The notes: generated from the sequence alone by a model not told the origin. DNA of 64,000 nucleotides from a bacterium (GCA_963681965.1 OY820579.1:1536001-1600000), one strand, 5' to 3'. Counted from the stretch's first letter, positions 18,748 through 29,851 are shown. Numbers and translations: made by a program.

Positions 18748-20001
18748 ATGGATCGCATCCTCGAAAAAAAGAAGTGGCACCAGAAGCGGTCATTTCGCAT
18801 CGGTTTACTACTGACATCAACCATTCTGATTCTTTATCTGGTCGTATTTGTTTACTTCCGAATGGGGCAACGCGTATCGGTGGATCGCTTGACCATTTCC
18901 ACCGTCACCGAAAGCGAATTTCAGGAACTGATCGCTGCAACTGGTATCGTGCAGCCGATACGAACGATTTATCTGGACGTGGTCGAAGGGGGACGGGTCG
19001 AGGAAATCTTCGCCGAAGATGGTCAGGAATTGAAAGCGGGACAACCAATCCTGCGAATGGCAAATTCCAATTTGGTGCTCGATATCATGTACCGCGAAGC
19101 GCAACTCTACGAACAGGAAAACAATCTTCGCAACACCCGGATCTCGATGGATCAGCGCCGTCTCGATCTCCAAATCCAACTGAACGACCTCAATTACGAA
19201 GCCTCGAAACAAGCACGCGACAAACTTACTGCCGATGCGCTCCACAACAAAAATTTGATTTCGACACAAGAGTATCGCGATATCGACGATAAGGCGAGTT
19301 ATTTGGCAAAGCGCCGTGATCTACTGACGGAGAGCGCATTGAAAGATTCCTCCTTCCGCGCAGAACAGGTTCGACAATTGGAAGAATCGATGAAGCGGAT
19401 GGAAAATAATCTCGAATTGGTGAAAAAGAATCAAGAGAATTTAATCGTCCGGTCACCGATCGACGGACAATTGTCGGCGCTGAGTGCCGAAATCGGTCAA
19501 ACGAAACCTCAGGGGCAGCGCTTGGGTCAAATCGACGATATGACCGCCTTCAAGATTCGTGCGACGATCGATGAACACTATGTCGCGCGCGTGACGTTGG
19601 GAAAGCGAGCATCTTTTTCCTTCAATGGCAAAGAGTGGCAATTGGAAGTAAAGAAAATTTATCCCGAAGTAAAAAACGGTCAATTCGAAGTCGATCTGGC
19701 GTTTGTGAAAGAAGTACCTGACGGTATTCGTCGCGGGCAATCGGTGCAGTTGTCACTCGCGCTAAGCGATCCTGCGAAAGCATTAATCCTTCAGCGCGGT
19801 GGATATTTCAACTCGACCGGCGGACAGTGGGTATTCGTCCTTGATAAAAGCGGAACCCGCGCTCACCGACGGACGGTTAAATTTGGACGGCAGAACTTAA
19901 CGGAATATGAAATTCTAGACGGATTACTAGCAGGCGAAAGTGTCATCACATCGCAATACGATGGATTTCTATCCAGCAATCAATTGATTTTGACTAAGTG
20001 A
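18748..20001 (+). CDS. Efflux periplasmic adaptor subunit (MacA/HlyD-like)
   Basis: N-terminal TM segment, EGGRVEEI...G..L..GQPI lipoyl half-motif, coiled coil, RSPIDGQL, IDEHY. Confidence 0.88.
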   Translation: MDRILEKKKWHQKRSFRIGLLLTSTILILYLVVFVYFRMGQRVSVDRLTISTVTESEFQELIAATGIVQPIRTIYLDVVEGGRVEEIFAEDGQELKAGQPILRMANSNLVLDIMYREAQLYEQENNLRNTRISMDQRRLDLQIQLNDLNYEASKQARDKLTADALHNKNLISTQEYRDIDDKASYLAKRRDLLTESALKDSSFRAEQVRQLEESMKRMENNLELVKKNQENLIVRSPIDGQLSALSAEIGQTKPQGQRLGQIDDMTAFKIRATIDEHYVARVTLGKRASFSFNGKEWQLEVKKIYPEVKNGQFEVDLAFVKEVPDGIRRGQSVQLSLALSDPAKALILQRGGYFNSTGGQWVFVLDKSGTRAHRRTVKFGRQNLTEYEILDGLLAGESVITSQYDGFLSSNQLILTK

Positions 20002-20011
20002 GGATGTAACC

Positions 20012-20707
20012 ATGTCAATGCTTCAAATTAAAAAATTAACCAAAATCTATTCCACTGAGGAAATCGAAACGGCAGCGTTGAACGAAGTCGATTTCGAAGT
20101 CCGGCAAGGGGAATTCGTCGCAGTGATGGGACCGTCCGGATGCGGTAAATCGACCCTGCTGAACGTATTGGGACTCCTCGATAGCCCATCGACTGGTGAA
20201 TATCTCTTCATGGGTGAGGATGTTGCGAAGTACAATGAGAAGCAACGCGCAGTCGTCCGCAAAAAACATATCGGATTTGTATTCCAGAGCTTCAATCTGA
20301 TCGATGAATTGTCGGTTTTCGAAAATGTCGAACTACCATTGCTCTATTTGAACGTTCCTGCCGATGAGCGCAAGAAACGAGTGAATGAAGTACTGGAACA
20401 GATGCAAATCATGAGCCGGAAAAATCACTACCCGCAACAACTGTCCGGTGGTCAGCAGCAGCGAGTCGCCGTCGGTCGTGCGGTAGTCGCGAAACCGAAA
20501 TTGATCCTTGCCGACGAACCGACGGGAAACCTCGACTCATCCCACGGCGATGAAGTGATGTCGCTATTGTCGGAGTTGAACAATGCCGGAACTACGATCG
20601 TGATGGTCACGCACTCGCCGTCGTATGCCGAGCGCAGTCATCGCGTTGTTCACCTGTTCGATGGTTCGATCGTTACCGAAAATACTTTGTCGAGACCTTT
20701 GATATAG
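20012..20707 (+). CDS. ABC transporter ATP-binding protein (MacB/LolD-like)
   Basis: GPSGCGKST, GFVFQSFNL, LSGGQQQR, LADEPTGNLD, VTH. Confidence 0.95.
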   Translation: MSMLQIKKLTKIYSTEEIETAALNEVDFEVRQGEFVAVMGPSGCGKSTLLNVLGLLDSPSTGEYLFMGEDVAKYNEKQRAVVRKKHIGFVFQSFNLIDELSVFENVELPLLYLNVPADERKKRVNEVLEQMQIMSRKNHYPQQLSGGQQQRVAVGRAVVAKPKLILADEPTGNLDSSHGDEVMSLLSELNNAGTTIVMVTHSPSYAERSHRVVHLFDGSIVTENTLSRPLI

Positions 20708-20726
20708 CAGATATACGGAGGAAATA

Positions 20727-21002
20727 ATGCCGGATATCACCATTCCGCTACCGAAATGCGGTAACGGTAAAACAGCGGAAATTACTATCGAAGTAAGTTG
20801 TAAATCGACGCGAGAAACTTTCAAAGTAATGATGGTTTCACGCGAAGAGGAATCCGAAGAAGGTCGAATTCAACGGGTGCAACAAATCGTCGATACCGAA
20901 ACGAAAGAGTGGCAATTGATCACAATCGGCGATCCAGGCATTACCTGTATTCCGATCTTGTTTCGGCATCGCGATACGACCGATAATCCAACGAATGCAT
21001 GA
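20727..21002 (+). CDS. Small hypothetical protein inside the ABC export operon
   Basis: Strong GGAGG RBS; fills the gap between ATPase and permease genes. Confidence 0.7.
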   Translation: MPDITIPLPKCGNGKTAEITIEVSCKSTRETFKVMMVSREEESEEGRIQRVQQIVDTETKEWQLITIGDPGITCIPILFRHRDTTDNPTNA

Positions 21003-21035
21003 TCCTGGGATAACGACGATGGGAGCAACGATTTT

Positions 21036-23444
21036 ATGAATGCACACTTTATCCGGGTAGCAATCCGAAATATTCGGAGAAATCTAACGTTCTCGCTGAT
21101 CAACATCGCGGGATTGGCGATCGGTATGGCAGTTTGCTTGACGATTATGCTCTACCTCCAATTTGAATTGTCGTTCGATCGTTTTCATCCCGATCTAAAT
21201 CGAACATACCGCATTATTACTCGTGACAATACCCCCGGTTCGTCGTTGAGTTACATCGGCTTGGCACATGTTCCGCTCGGTGAAACCGCACAGCATACTT
21301 ATCCCGAAGTCGAAAGTATGTGTCGTGTGTCAAAACCGGTTGAATTGGTCTTAACTCTTGAATCGAATCGGCAAATTCACATCGATCAATACCGCTCAGT
21401 CGATTCTAATTTCTTTCAATTCTTCAATTTCAAATTATGGAAGGGTTCCCCCGACAAAGTATTTCTGAGTCCTTCGGCGTTGGTTATCTCCCGAAGCATG
21501 GCGAAGAAAATGTTCGGCGAGGAAGAGGCATTTGGAAAGACGGTAAAATCCGGCGACGGCAGAAGCTGGAAGATCGACGGAATCGCCGATGATCCACCAG
21601 CGAATAGTCACATCCAGTTTGAAGCAATGACCAGCTTTGTCTCCTACGATACCGAAGTTCGCAAACAGCCGAAAGAAATCATCGATAAAATCGAGAAAGC
21701 CAATTGGAAAGTACTTGGGTATCCCACCTATCTAAAAATGAAACCGGGTGCTTCGATTGCTGGTTTCGATAAAAAGATGTACAAAATTCTCAACGACAAT
21801 GGAGTTGAAAAAAAATTCGTACCCTTCTTACAACCGATGAAAGAAACGCATCTATTTTCCACCAATATCGTTTACGACTACAACGACAAGAAAAACGATG
21901 CCTCACTCATTTACACGTTAGCAGGTATTGCAATATTGATACTGACTATTGCTGCCGTCAATTATATCAATCTTAGTACTTCGCGTGCCTCGCTTCGGGC
22001 AAAAGAGGTGGGTCTGCGCAAAGTAGTCGGTTCCGATCGCAAGCAGCTCATTCAGCAATTTCTGGGTGAATCGGTATTCATATCGCTGATTGCTTTGCTG
22101 ATTGCGATTTCGATTGCGGAGTTATTACTCCCGTGGATCAATGAGATCACCGGCTATCAGTTACACTTAAGCATCTTTAAAAATGGCTGGTTGGTGCTTT
22201 GCATGGTGGGTATGGTTGCGTTTACCGGTTTGTTGGCAGGGTTGTATCCGGCATTCGTCATGTCGTCTTTCAAACCGGTGATCGTGCTGAAAGGAGCGTT
22301 TCACTCCGGTTCGAAAGGTCGAATTCTTCGAAGGCTGCTGGTTGTCTTTCAATTTGCTCTGTCGATTGGAATTATCTGTAGCACGATCATTGTCAATCGT
22401 CAGATCCGCTACATCCAAACCAAAGATCTGGGGTACAATCGCGAGCAAGTATTAAAACTGAATATGACGCATCCACGGTTCGGGCAATCGATGAAAGCGT
22501 TTAAAAACGAATTGAAAGCATCACCATACGTTGTCGATTGTTCCAATTCGCAAGTTGTGCCGCCAATGAATTACTTTCATCTGCAAATTCGCAATGAGCA
22601 TGATAGCAAGTATGAAGCGATTTTGTGGAATCAATACCCGGTCGATTATCGGTTTATCTCGACTTTGAAAATGAAAGTCGTATTGGGACGCGAGTTTGAC
22701 CCGAACCTTCCATCCGATACAACCGATGCAGTAATGATCAATGAAGAAGGGGTGCGCAACCTCGGTTTGAAAGACCCGATCGGGAAACGAATCTATGCCG
22801 ATGCCGATACGATCCCGCTTCGAATTATCGGTGTGCTGCAGGACTTTCACACGGCTTCAATGCGTCAGAAAATTGAACCGATGGTCATGTTCCTCTGGAG
22901 CCAACCGATGCAATTCGTGAGTATCCGACTCAAGGGTGGTTCGGTAAAGACTGCAGTTGAGAATGTTGAATCGATCTGGAAGAAAGTATATCCCGGTTTT
23001 CCGTTCGAATACAAATTCCTCGATGAAGAATTCGATCGGTTGTACCGGCAAGATATCAATTTTGCTAAGATCACCAATGCCTTTTCGATTCTGGCAATCT
23101 TTATCGCATGTCTTGGGTTATATGGTTTAGTATCGCATACGACCGAACAACGTCGAAATGAAATCGGTATGCGTAAAGTATTGGGCGCTTCTTCGGGACA
23201 GATTGTTTCGATACTGGTATTCGATTATTTGAAATGGATTGCCTTGGCAAATGTCATCGCATGGCCGATTGCGTATTGGGTAAGCGAACGGTGGCTCTCC
23301 GGATTTGAATACCACATCGTTCAGCCGCTCGCAATCTATCCGTTAATCGGTATCGGGGCATTGGCAATATCGGTTCTCGCAGTCTATTCGCATGTATTGC
23401 GTGCTGCTTCCGCCAATCCCATCAATTCATTGCGCTACGAATAG
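21036..23444 (+). CDS. ABC transporter permease (duplicated MacB/FtsX type)
   Basis: INIAGLAIG, NYINLST...RAKEVGLRKVVG, LVVFQF, IACLGLYGL, NPINSLRYE. Confidence 0.92.
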   Translation: MNAHFIRVAIRNIRRNLTFSLINIAGLAIGMAVCLTIMLYLQFELSFDRFHPDLNRTYRIITRDNTPGSSLSYIGLAHVPLGETAQHTYPEVESMCRVSKPVELVLTLESNRQIHIDQYRSVDSNFFQFFNFKLWKGSPDKVFLSPSALVISRSMAKKMFGEEEAFGKTVKSGDGRSWKIDGIADDPPANSHIQFEAMTSFVSYDTEVRKQPKEIIDKIEKANWKVLGYPTYLKMKPGASIAGFDKKMYKILNDNGVEKKFVPFLQPMKETHLFSTNIVYDYNDKKNDASLIYTLAGIAILILTIAAVNYINLSTSRASLRAKEVGLRKVVGSDRKQLIQQFLGESVFISLIALLIAISIAELLLPWINEITGYQLHLSIFKNGWLVLCMVGMVAFTGLLAGLYPAFVMSSFKPVIVLKGAFHSGSKGRILRRLLVVFQFALSIGIICSTIIVNRQIRYIQTKDLGYNREQVLKLNMTHPRFGQSMKAFKNELKASPYVVDCSNSQVVPPMNYFHLQIRNEHDSKYEAILWNQYPVDYRFISTLKMKVVLGREFDPNLPSDTTDAVMINEEGVRNLGLKDPIGKRIYADADTIPLRIIGVLQDFHTASMRQKIEPMVMFLWSQPMQFVSIRLKGGSVKTAVENVESIWKKVYPGFPFEYKFLDEEFDRLYRQDINFAKITNAFSILAIFIACLGLYGLVSHTTEQRRNEIGMRKVLGASSGQIVSILVFDYLKWIALANVIAWPIAYWVSERWLSGFEYHIVQPLAIYPLIGIGALAISVLAVYSHVLRAASANPINSLRYE

Positions 23445-23500
23445 CAATACGTTTCAGGATCACTGTCGATGAAAATTGATTAAAAAGTGAGGATCCAAAA

Positions 23501-25915
23501 TTGATTAAGCACTATTTCACGATTGCCACTAGAAATCTGATGAAAAATAAACTGTTTTCACTGATCAATCTCTCGGGATTGGCAATGGGAATGGCGGCTT
23601 GTATTCTCATTTTACTTTACTTGCAATTCGAACTCTCATTTGATCGGAATATCCCGAATTCGGATCGAGTATATCGTATTCTGACAATCGATAAAGGGCA
23701 GGGTGTATCTAGTCAGTATGTGGCGATCGCTTTGCCTCCATTAGGACCAACGCTCGTACAATCATTCCCCGAAGTCGAATCTTATTGCCGTCTCACCGGT
23801 GGTGGACCACAAGTATTGGAGGTCACACCGACTCGTCAAATCGAAGTCAATATTCAACGTAGTGCCGATTCAACGTTATTCGATGTTTTTGGATTCAAAT
23901 TATTGAAAGGGAATCCCAAAACTGCTTTGACAAAACCGTATACCGGAGTGATCACTGAATCGCTTGCAAAAATTGTTTTCGGATCCGCCGATCCGATGGG
24001 AAAAACCATTAAATTGAGTTCGGGTTTGCAAGCGACAGTCACCGGAGTTGCCGAAGATCTTCCGGAAAACAGTCATATCACATTCGATATCGTGCTTTCG
24101 ATGAAAACGCTTGAAGCCTTGCAAAAGGCGGGTTTACCACCGGGAAACACCGGACCGACTTTTCTTGAAAGTTGGACCAATTTAGGTCTTCCGACATATG
24201 TCCGGTTGAAACAAGGCAGCTCAGCGGCAACGTTCGAAAAGAAAGTTAACAAGTTGTATCGCGAAAAAGGGGTACCGGAACCATGGATCCCTTCAGTTCA
24301 ACCAGTTCAAGATGTCCACTTGAAATCGACCGGAATCATCTTCGATACGAATGCGTTAAAAGGAGATGCATCGTCAATCTACACGCTGTCGGCGGTGGCA
24401 ATCCTTATCCTGTTGATTGCATCGGTTAATTACATGAATCTCAGTACCGCAAGAGTCACATCCCGAGCGAAAGAAGTCGGTTTAAGGAAAGTTGTCGGAT
24501 CGGAACGGGCGCAATTGATTTGGCAATTTATCGGCGAATCGATCCTGTTGGCGACTCTCTCAATGATTGTGGCGATTGCATTCGCAGAACTCATGTTGCC
24601 CTGGTTGAATGGATTGACTGGTTATCACCTCAAGATGAATTACTTCCATAACCCGGTATTAATTCTCTGCGAAATTGGATTGATTTTGATCGTGGGCGTA
24701 TTGGCAGGATTTTACCCGGCTTTGGTACTTTCAGGTTTCAAACCGATCGATGTATTAAAAGGTGCTTTCCACTCGTCTCATAAGGGTCAATCGTTACGAC
24801 GGATACTAGTGGTTTTTCAGTTTACACTCTCGATTGGGCTGATCTGTGGAACGATTGTAGTGAATAAGCAATTGCACTTCATCTGGACGAAAGACCAAGG
24901 GTATAATCGCGAACAGGTATTGATCTTGAATCTCGGCAGTGCAAAAGTAGCGCCGCGAGCGTCAGCAATTCGGGCAGATCTAAATGCATCGTCATTTGTG
25001 GTTTCCACCGGAACAACGGTTTCCACACCGGGTAGTCAATTCAGTCGAAATAATGCCAGACTAGAAAACGATCCAAGTACAATGACGCGCATCTGGAGTC
25101 AAACTGTCGTCGATTACGATTTCATGAAAACACTGGACATGAAAATCATCAAAGGGCGAGGCTTCTCCCGCGATTATCCGGGAGATTCGCTTCAATCCGT
25201 TGTGATTAACGAAGCAGCTGCCAGAGAGATGGGTACGAGCGATCCGGTAGGAAAGAAAATTTATCAAGGTAGCGCAGATTCGGTTGGCGCGACTGTAATC
25301 GGGGTAGTAAAAGATTTCCATTTCGCTTCGATCCGCGAAAAAGTCGAACCGATGATCATCTTTCTCTTTCCTCGCGAATTAAACCTACTCTGTGTAAGAC
25401 TAAAATCCGGATCGGTAAAGGCTGCGATGGTAAATGTCGAATCGATTTGGAAAAAACAGTGTCCGGGTTATCCATTCTCTTACCGATTTATGGATCAAGA
25501 TTTCGAACGGATGTACCGTCAGGAAATCAACTTCTCCAGTATCGTCAATGCGTTTTCCGGTCTGGCAATCTTTATTGCCTGTTTGGGTTTGTACGGTCTT
25601 GCATCGCACAGCACCGAGCAACGTCGCAAGGAAATCGGTATTCGAAAAGTCATGGGGGCATCGGTTATTACGATCACACGATTATTGATTATTGATTTTA
25701 TCAAGTGGGTTCTACTTGCCAATGTGATTGCGTGGCCGGTAGCATATTGGGTGTCGGACCGATGGTTGGCAAATTACCAATATCGAATCGATCAATCTTT
25801 ACTCATCTTTCCGTTAGCAGGAACGATAGCTTTGTTGATTGCGATAATCTCGATTTATCTCCATGTCTGGCGCGCTGCGCGGGAGAATCCAATCAAATCG
25901 ATACGCTACGAATAA
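23501..25915 (+). CDS. ABC transporter permease (duplicated MacB/FtsX type), tandem paralog
   Basis: Same motifs as 21036-23444; TTG start after GAGGA. Confidence 0.92.
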   Translation: MIKHYFTIATRNLMKNKLFSLINLSGLAMGMAACILILLYLQFELSFDRNIPNSDRVYRILTIDKGQGVSSQYVAIALPPLGPTLVQSFPEVESYCRLTGGGPQVLEVTPTRQIEVNIQRSADSTLFDVFGFKLLKGNPKTALTKPYTGVITESLAKIVFGSADPMGKTIKLSSGLQATVTGVAEDLPENSHITFDIVLSMKTLEALQKAGLPPGNTGPTFLESWTNLGLPTYVRLKQGSSAATFEKKVNKLYREKGVPEPWIPSVQPVQDVHLKSTGIIFDTNALKGDASSIYTLSAVAILILLIASVNYMNLSTARVTSRAKEVGLRKVVGSERAQLIWQFIGESILLATLSMIVAIAFAELMLPWLNGLTGYHLKMNYFHNPVLILCEIGLILIVGVLAGFYPALVLSGFKPIDVLKGAFHSSHKGQSLRRILVVFQFTLSIGLICGTIVVNKQLHFIWTKDQGYNREQVLILNLGSAKVAPRASAIRADLNASSFVVSTGTTVSTPGSQFSRNNARLENDPSTMTRIWSQTVVDYDFMKTLDMKIIKGRGFSRDYPGDSLQSVVINEAAAREMGTSDPVGKKIYQGSADSVGATVIGVVKDFHFASIREKVEPMIIFLFPRELNLLCVRLKSGSVKAAMVNVESIWKKQCPGYPFSYRFMDQDFERMYRQEINFSSIVNAFSGLAIFIACLGLYGLASHSTEQRRKEIGIRKVMGASVITITRLLIIDFIKWVLLANVIAWPVAYWVSDRWLANYQYRIDQSLLIFPLAGTIALLIAIISIYLHVWRAARENPIKSIRYE

Positions 25916-26093
25916 GTGTGTAACTATTTGATCCATTAATCATCTTATTTGTATTAAATCAGTTAATATTTAAAGAGTTGTTGTTTATCCAAGATTTAAC
26001 ACGTTACTCCGGAAGTGCGGAATATGTGAGAAAGGTGCAACGTTTACTATGTTCGATACATCTAACGTGATAGATAGAAAAGAGCGAGTCAAT

Positions 26094-27485
26094 ATGTCCC
26101 ACCGTCTTCCCGAAAATGGTAAGATCCTTATCGTCGATGACGACAAAGACATTCTAACAGCAGCTCAGCTCCTGCTAAAGCGTCATGTCGCTACCGTCCA
26201 TGTCGAAGCACGTCCCGAAAACATTCCCGCTCGTTTGAATGCCGGTTCTTACGACGTCATCCTCTTGGATATGAATTTCGAGCGTGGCGAGATGTCCGGT
26301 GCCGACGGTCTCTATTGGTTGCGCGAGATTCTGGATTTGGATCCGACAGCTGTCGTAGTATTGATCACAGCTTATGGTGATATGGATTTGGCAGTGCGCG
26401 CGATTAAACAGGGTGCAACCGATTTTATCGTCAAGCCGTGGCAAAACGAGAAATTGGTCGCGACCCTAAATGCTGCACTGGAATTGCGGGCATCCCGGTC
26501 GGAAGTGGAAGCGCTTCGCTTCCGTCAGCAAGCGCTGAAGGAAGATCTCGATCGCAACTATCACCCACTGATCGGTCAATCTCCCGCTTGGCGAAAAGTG
26601 ATGGATATGATCGGAAAGGTTGCCGCTTCCGATGCCAATGTTCTGTTACTGGGCGAAAACGGTACTGGGAAAGAGTTAGTTGCCAACGAATTGCACCGCC
26701 GGTCGAATCGTGCCGATGAAGTATTTATCTCTGTCGATATGGGTTCTTTGACCGAATCGCTGTTCGAAAGTGAACTATTCGGTCACGTCAAAGGTGCATT
26801 TACCGATGCCAAGCAGGATAAAGCCGGTCGCTTTGAAATCGCACACCGGGGATCTTTGTTCCTCGATGAAATTGCGAATTTATCGATGTCGCAGCAATCG
26901 AAGTTGCTTTCGGTGCTTGAACAGCGTAAAGTGATTCGTGTGGGGAGCAATATTGCACGTGCCGTCGATATCCGGTTAATTTGTGCTACCAATCGACCAT
27001 TGCTCCAATTGGTCGCTCAGGGTAGTTTCCGGACCGATCTGTTGTATCGGATTAATACCGTTGAAATTCAAATTCCGCCTCTGCGTGAACGGAAAGAAGA
27101 TATCGGTAGTTTGGTCGAGTATTATCTCGACATTTTTGCCAATCGCTATCATAAACCCGGTATGCGGCTTGCACCCAATACATTGCCGGCGTTGACCGAA
27201 TATCCTTGGCCCGGTAATGTTCGCGAATTGAAGCATACCATGGAACGTGCGGTGATTTTAGCCGACAACAACTTATTGCGTCCGCAGGACTTGTTCTTGA
27301 CAACGACCGAAAAAATGGAAAATGCCGATTCAATTCCACTCGACTCGTTCAATCTCGATATCATCGAACGGCATGTTATCGAGCGTGTGCTACGACGATT
27401 CAGCGGAAATATCAAACGATCGGCTGAGGAACTCGGAGTAACCCGTACGACACTTTATCGAAGATTGGAGAAGTATGGTTTATAA
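26094..27485 (+). CDS. Sigma-54-dependent response regulator (NtrC family)
   Basis: REC domain (VDDD, LLDMNF, KP), GENGTGKE, ESELFGH..GAFTDA, LFLDEI, WPGNVREL, Fis HTH. Confidence 0.93.
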   Translation: MSHRLPENGKILIVDDDKDILTAAQLLLKRHVATVHVEARPENIPARLNAGSYDVILLDMNFERGEMSGADGLYWLREILDLDPTAVVVLITAYGDMDLAVRAIKQGATDFIVKPWQNEKLVATLNAALELRASRSEVEALRFRQQALKEDLDRNYHPLIGQSPAWRKVMDMIGKVAASDANVLLLGENGTGKELVANELHRRSNRADEVFISVDMGSLTESLFESELFGHVKGAFTDAKQDKAGRFEIAHRGSLFLDEIANLSMSQQSKLLSVLEQRKVIRVGSNIARAVDIRLICATNRPLLQLVAQGSFRTDLLYRINTVEIQIPPLRERKEDIGSLVEYYLDIFANRYHKPGMRLAPNTLPALTEYPWPGNVRELKHTMERAVILADNNLLRPQDLFLTTTEKMENADSIPLDSFNLDIIERHVIERVLRRFSGNIKRSAEELGVTRTTLYRRLEKYGL

Positions 27486-28878
27486 CCGCTATCGCGCCCA
27501 GATCGTAGTTCGCAGTATACTGATCTTCGCAACAATAGCGGTGGCAATATGGTTGTTTTTATCCGGAGGTTTCGTAGTAACCGCGATCCTTCTGGGAGTA
27601 ATTACAATCGTTCAAATTGGGCTTTATGTTCGATATTCCGAGCGAACCGAGCGAGACTTGGTTCGCTTTTTCAATGCTATCGCCTACGACGATTTCGAGG
27701 AAAATTTTCGCTCGAATCGAACCGTCGAATCGCGTAATTTAAATGCCGCTTTCGCTAATATTATTGGTCAATTTCGACGGGTACGCGGACAACGCGAAGC
27801 GCATTATCGGTATTTAAAGGCGATTATCGACCACGCCGGTACCGGTTTGATTGCGTTCGATCGCGATGGTAGAGTCGATCTAGCGAACCACTCCGCTTTA
27901 CGTCTATTTGATTTGGATCATCTCACCAATATCAAGCAATTGGATCCGAAAGCCCCGGGAATTGTGGAAATATTATCGTCGATTAATGCCAATGAACGTA
28001 GAATTCAACGACTGACAAATTCCTACGGTATGACTGAAGTGGTTATCGATGCGATCAAATTTCGACGCGAAAATAACCTGTTGACATTGATCTCACTCCA
28101 GAATATTTCCACCGAATTGGAAGCACGTGAAGTAGAAACCTGGCAATTGATCTTGCGATCGATCACGCACGAAATCCGCAATTCCATGACGCCGATCGCA
28201 TCGTTGGCAACAACCGCAATATCGTATCTAGATACACCAAAACAACTGGCGAATGATCCTGAGATTGTTTCCGATGTAAAATTAGCACTATCCACAATCG
28301 AACAACGCAGTCAGGGTCTGTTGCGGTTTTGCGATGCATACCGAACCTTAGCTCAGGTTCCAGCACCCCGACTGAAAGAAGAATCGATGTTGGCGATCTT
28401 TGAGCACATTCGCTCTTGTTTTCAAGCGCAATTCCGGCAACATTCGATTTTTCATTTCTTCAGTGTCGATCCACCCGATATGTCTTTGATGGTCGATATC
28501 GATTTGATTGAACAAGTCATGATCAATCTGATTGCGAATGCGATGGAGGCGATGGAGAACCGAAGTGATAAACGAATCGAAGTAAAAGCTCGATCCGATG
28601 ATTTCGGTAACATTATAGTGGAAGTAAGTGACAATGGTCCCGGCTTGAAAACTGATGTTGAGGCAAAGATCTTCGTACCCTTCTTTTCGACTAAGAAAGA
28701 GGGATCTGGCATTGGATTAAGTCTATCGCGATTGATTCTGAGACAACATAATGCATCAATCACTGTGGAATCGATTCCGAATCAACGCACCACTTTTACA
28801 ATTGTTTTTCCCGCTTCGTTAAATCTGCACTCTCAAAAACAATCTACCGAAAATTCTAATTTTATATCCACACAATAA
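27475..28878 (+). CDS. Sensor histidine kinase (NtrY-like)
   Basis: Two TM segments, PAS, HEIRNS H-box, NLIANA, DNGPG, FVPFFSTK, GSGIGL. Confidence 0.92.
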   Translation: MVYNRYRAQIVVRSILIFATIAVAIWLFLSGGFVVTAILLGVITIVQIGLYVRYSERTERDLVRFFNAIAYDDFEENFRSNRTVESRNLNAAFANIIGQFRRVRGQREAHYRYLKAIIDHAGTGLIAFDRDGRVDLANHSALRLFDLDHLTNIKQLDPKAPGIVEILSSINANERRIQRLTNSYGMTEVVIDAIKFRRENNLLTLISLQNISTELEAREVETWQLILRSITHEIRNSMTPIASLATTAISYLDTPKQLANDPEIVSDVKLALSTIEQRSQGLLRFCDAYRTLAQVPAPRLKEESMLAIFEHIRSCFQAQFRQHSIFHFFSVDPPDMSLMVDIDLIEQVMINLIANAMEAMENRSDKRIEVKARSDDFGNIIVEVSDNGPGLKTDVEAKIFVPFFSTKKEGSGIGLSLSRLILRQHNASITVESIPNQRTTFTIVFPASLNLHSQKQSTENSNFISTQ

Positions 28879-28901
28879 CGAATACATATTATTGAATAAT
28901 T

Positions 28902-29315
28902 CTATTTACGTTTGTTTAAAATGATTGGGACCTGCAGATTGATCGGTTCGGCAGCCGCATACTTTTGAATTTCTTCTTTTGGAATTTGCAGTGTAACCCG
29001 CTGCGGAACGATCTCGATTTGAGAGGGTTGTACCGCAAGGGATGTTCCGAAGCCCAGCGAAAATCCAATCACTAGAATGGCTGCGATCTTCAACGCTAAA
29101 AATCGATTATGATGGACTATTTTGATGGCAGGATAAAGTGGTGGCTGCACCGGTATCGATACACAGGCTATCAAATCCAATTCATTACGGATTTTACCCA
29201 CTGCTTCCGAGCATTCCTCACAGCCAGCCAAATGGAATTCGATCGCAAGCAGCTCATCCGTCTCCAGTGTTTCTAATGCGAATTGCAGCAACGTGTCTTG
29301 ATCGGGATGCTTCAT
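28902..29315 (-). CDS. Zinc-finger (HxxxCxxC) membrane anti-sigma factor
   Basis: MKHP...HLAGCEEC followed by a TM helix; directly downstream of an ECF sigma gene. Confidence 0.82.
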   Translation of the reverse strand: MKHPDQDTLLQFALETLETDELLAIEFHLAGCEECSEAVGKIRNELDLIACVSIPVQPPLYPAIKIVHHNRFLALKIAAILVIGFSLGFGTSLAVQPSQIEIVPQRVTLQIPKEEIQKYAAAEPINLQVPIILNKRK

Positions 29316-29851
29316 GGTAGAATTCCTTTCTTGAATAGGCTGTCACGACATTTCTTGATTGCATAGAATAATCTCGATTTTACTGTTCCCAGCGGAATTT
29401 CGAGTAGTTGTCCAATTTGATCCAAACTCATGCCGGAATAAAACCGGAGCACCAATATATCGCGTGAGTTGGAATCTAGCTCTTTAATAGATATTGCCAC
29501 TTCCATCATTCGTTCATTACCAATTAATGTGTCTAGTTGATTGATTGACGGTTCGGCTATTTCGAATTTGGATACGTCGTAATATTTTCGGTTGCGGAAC
29601 TTCTCCTTTAGGGATAACCGGTAAGCGATCGTTGCAACGTATCCGCCAAGACTACCATTGGTATGTTGATTGTGTGATTCAATTAGTGATAGGAAAGTCT
29701 GTTGTGCAATGTCTTGAGCTGCGGCAATCGATCCGGTAATCAGAAATGCGGCATTGACTGTCGATTGATAATACTGGTCGACTAGCCACTGCCACGATTC
29801 TTGATCGCCGGATCGCGCATTATTCAGATAGTTCCATTCCAGAGAGATCAA
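29312..29851 (-). CDS. ECF RNA polymerase sigma factor
   Basis: AQDIAQQTFL (region 2); LRFYSGMSLDQIG..LEIPLGTVKSRLFYA (region 4); probable TTG start overlapping the upstream stop. Confidence 0.88.
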   Translation of the reverse strand: MISLEWNYLNNARSGDQESWQWLVDQYYQSTVNAAFLITGSIAAAQDIAQQTFLSLIESHNQHTNGSLGGYVATIAYRLSLKEKFRNRKYYDVSKFEIAEPSINQLDTLIGNERMMEVAISIKELDSNSRDILVLRFYSGMSLDQIGQLLEIPLGTVKSRLFYAIKKCRDSLFKKGILP

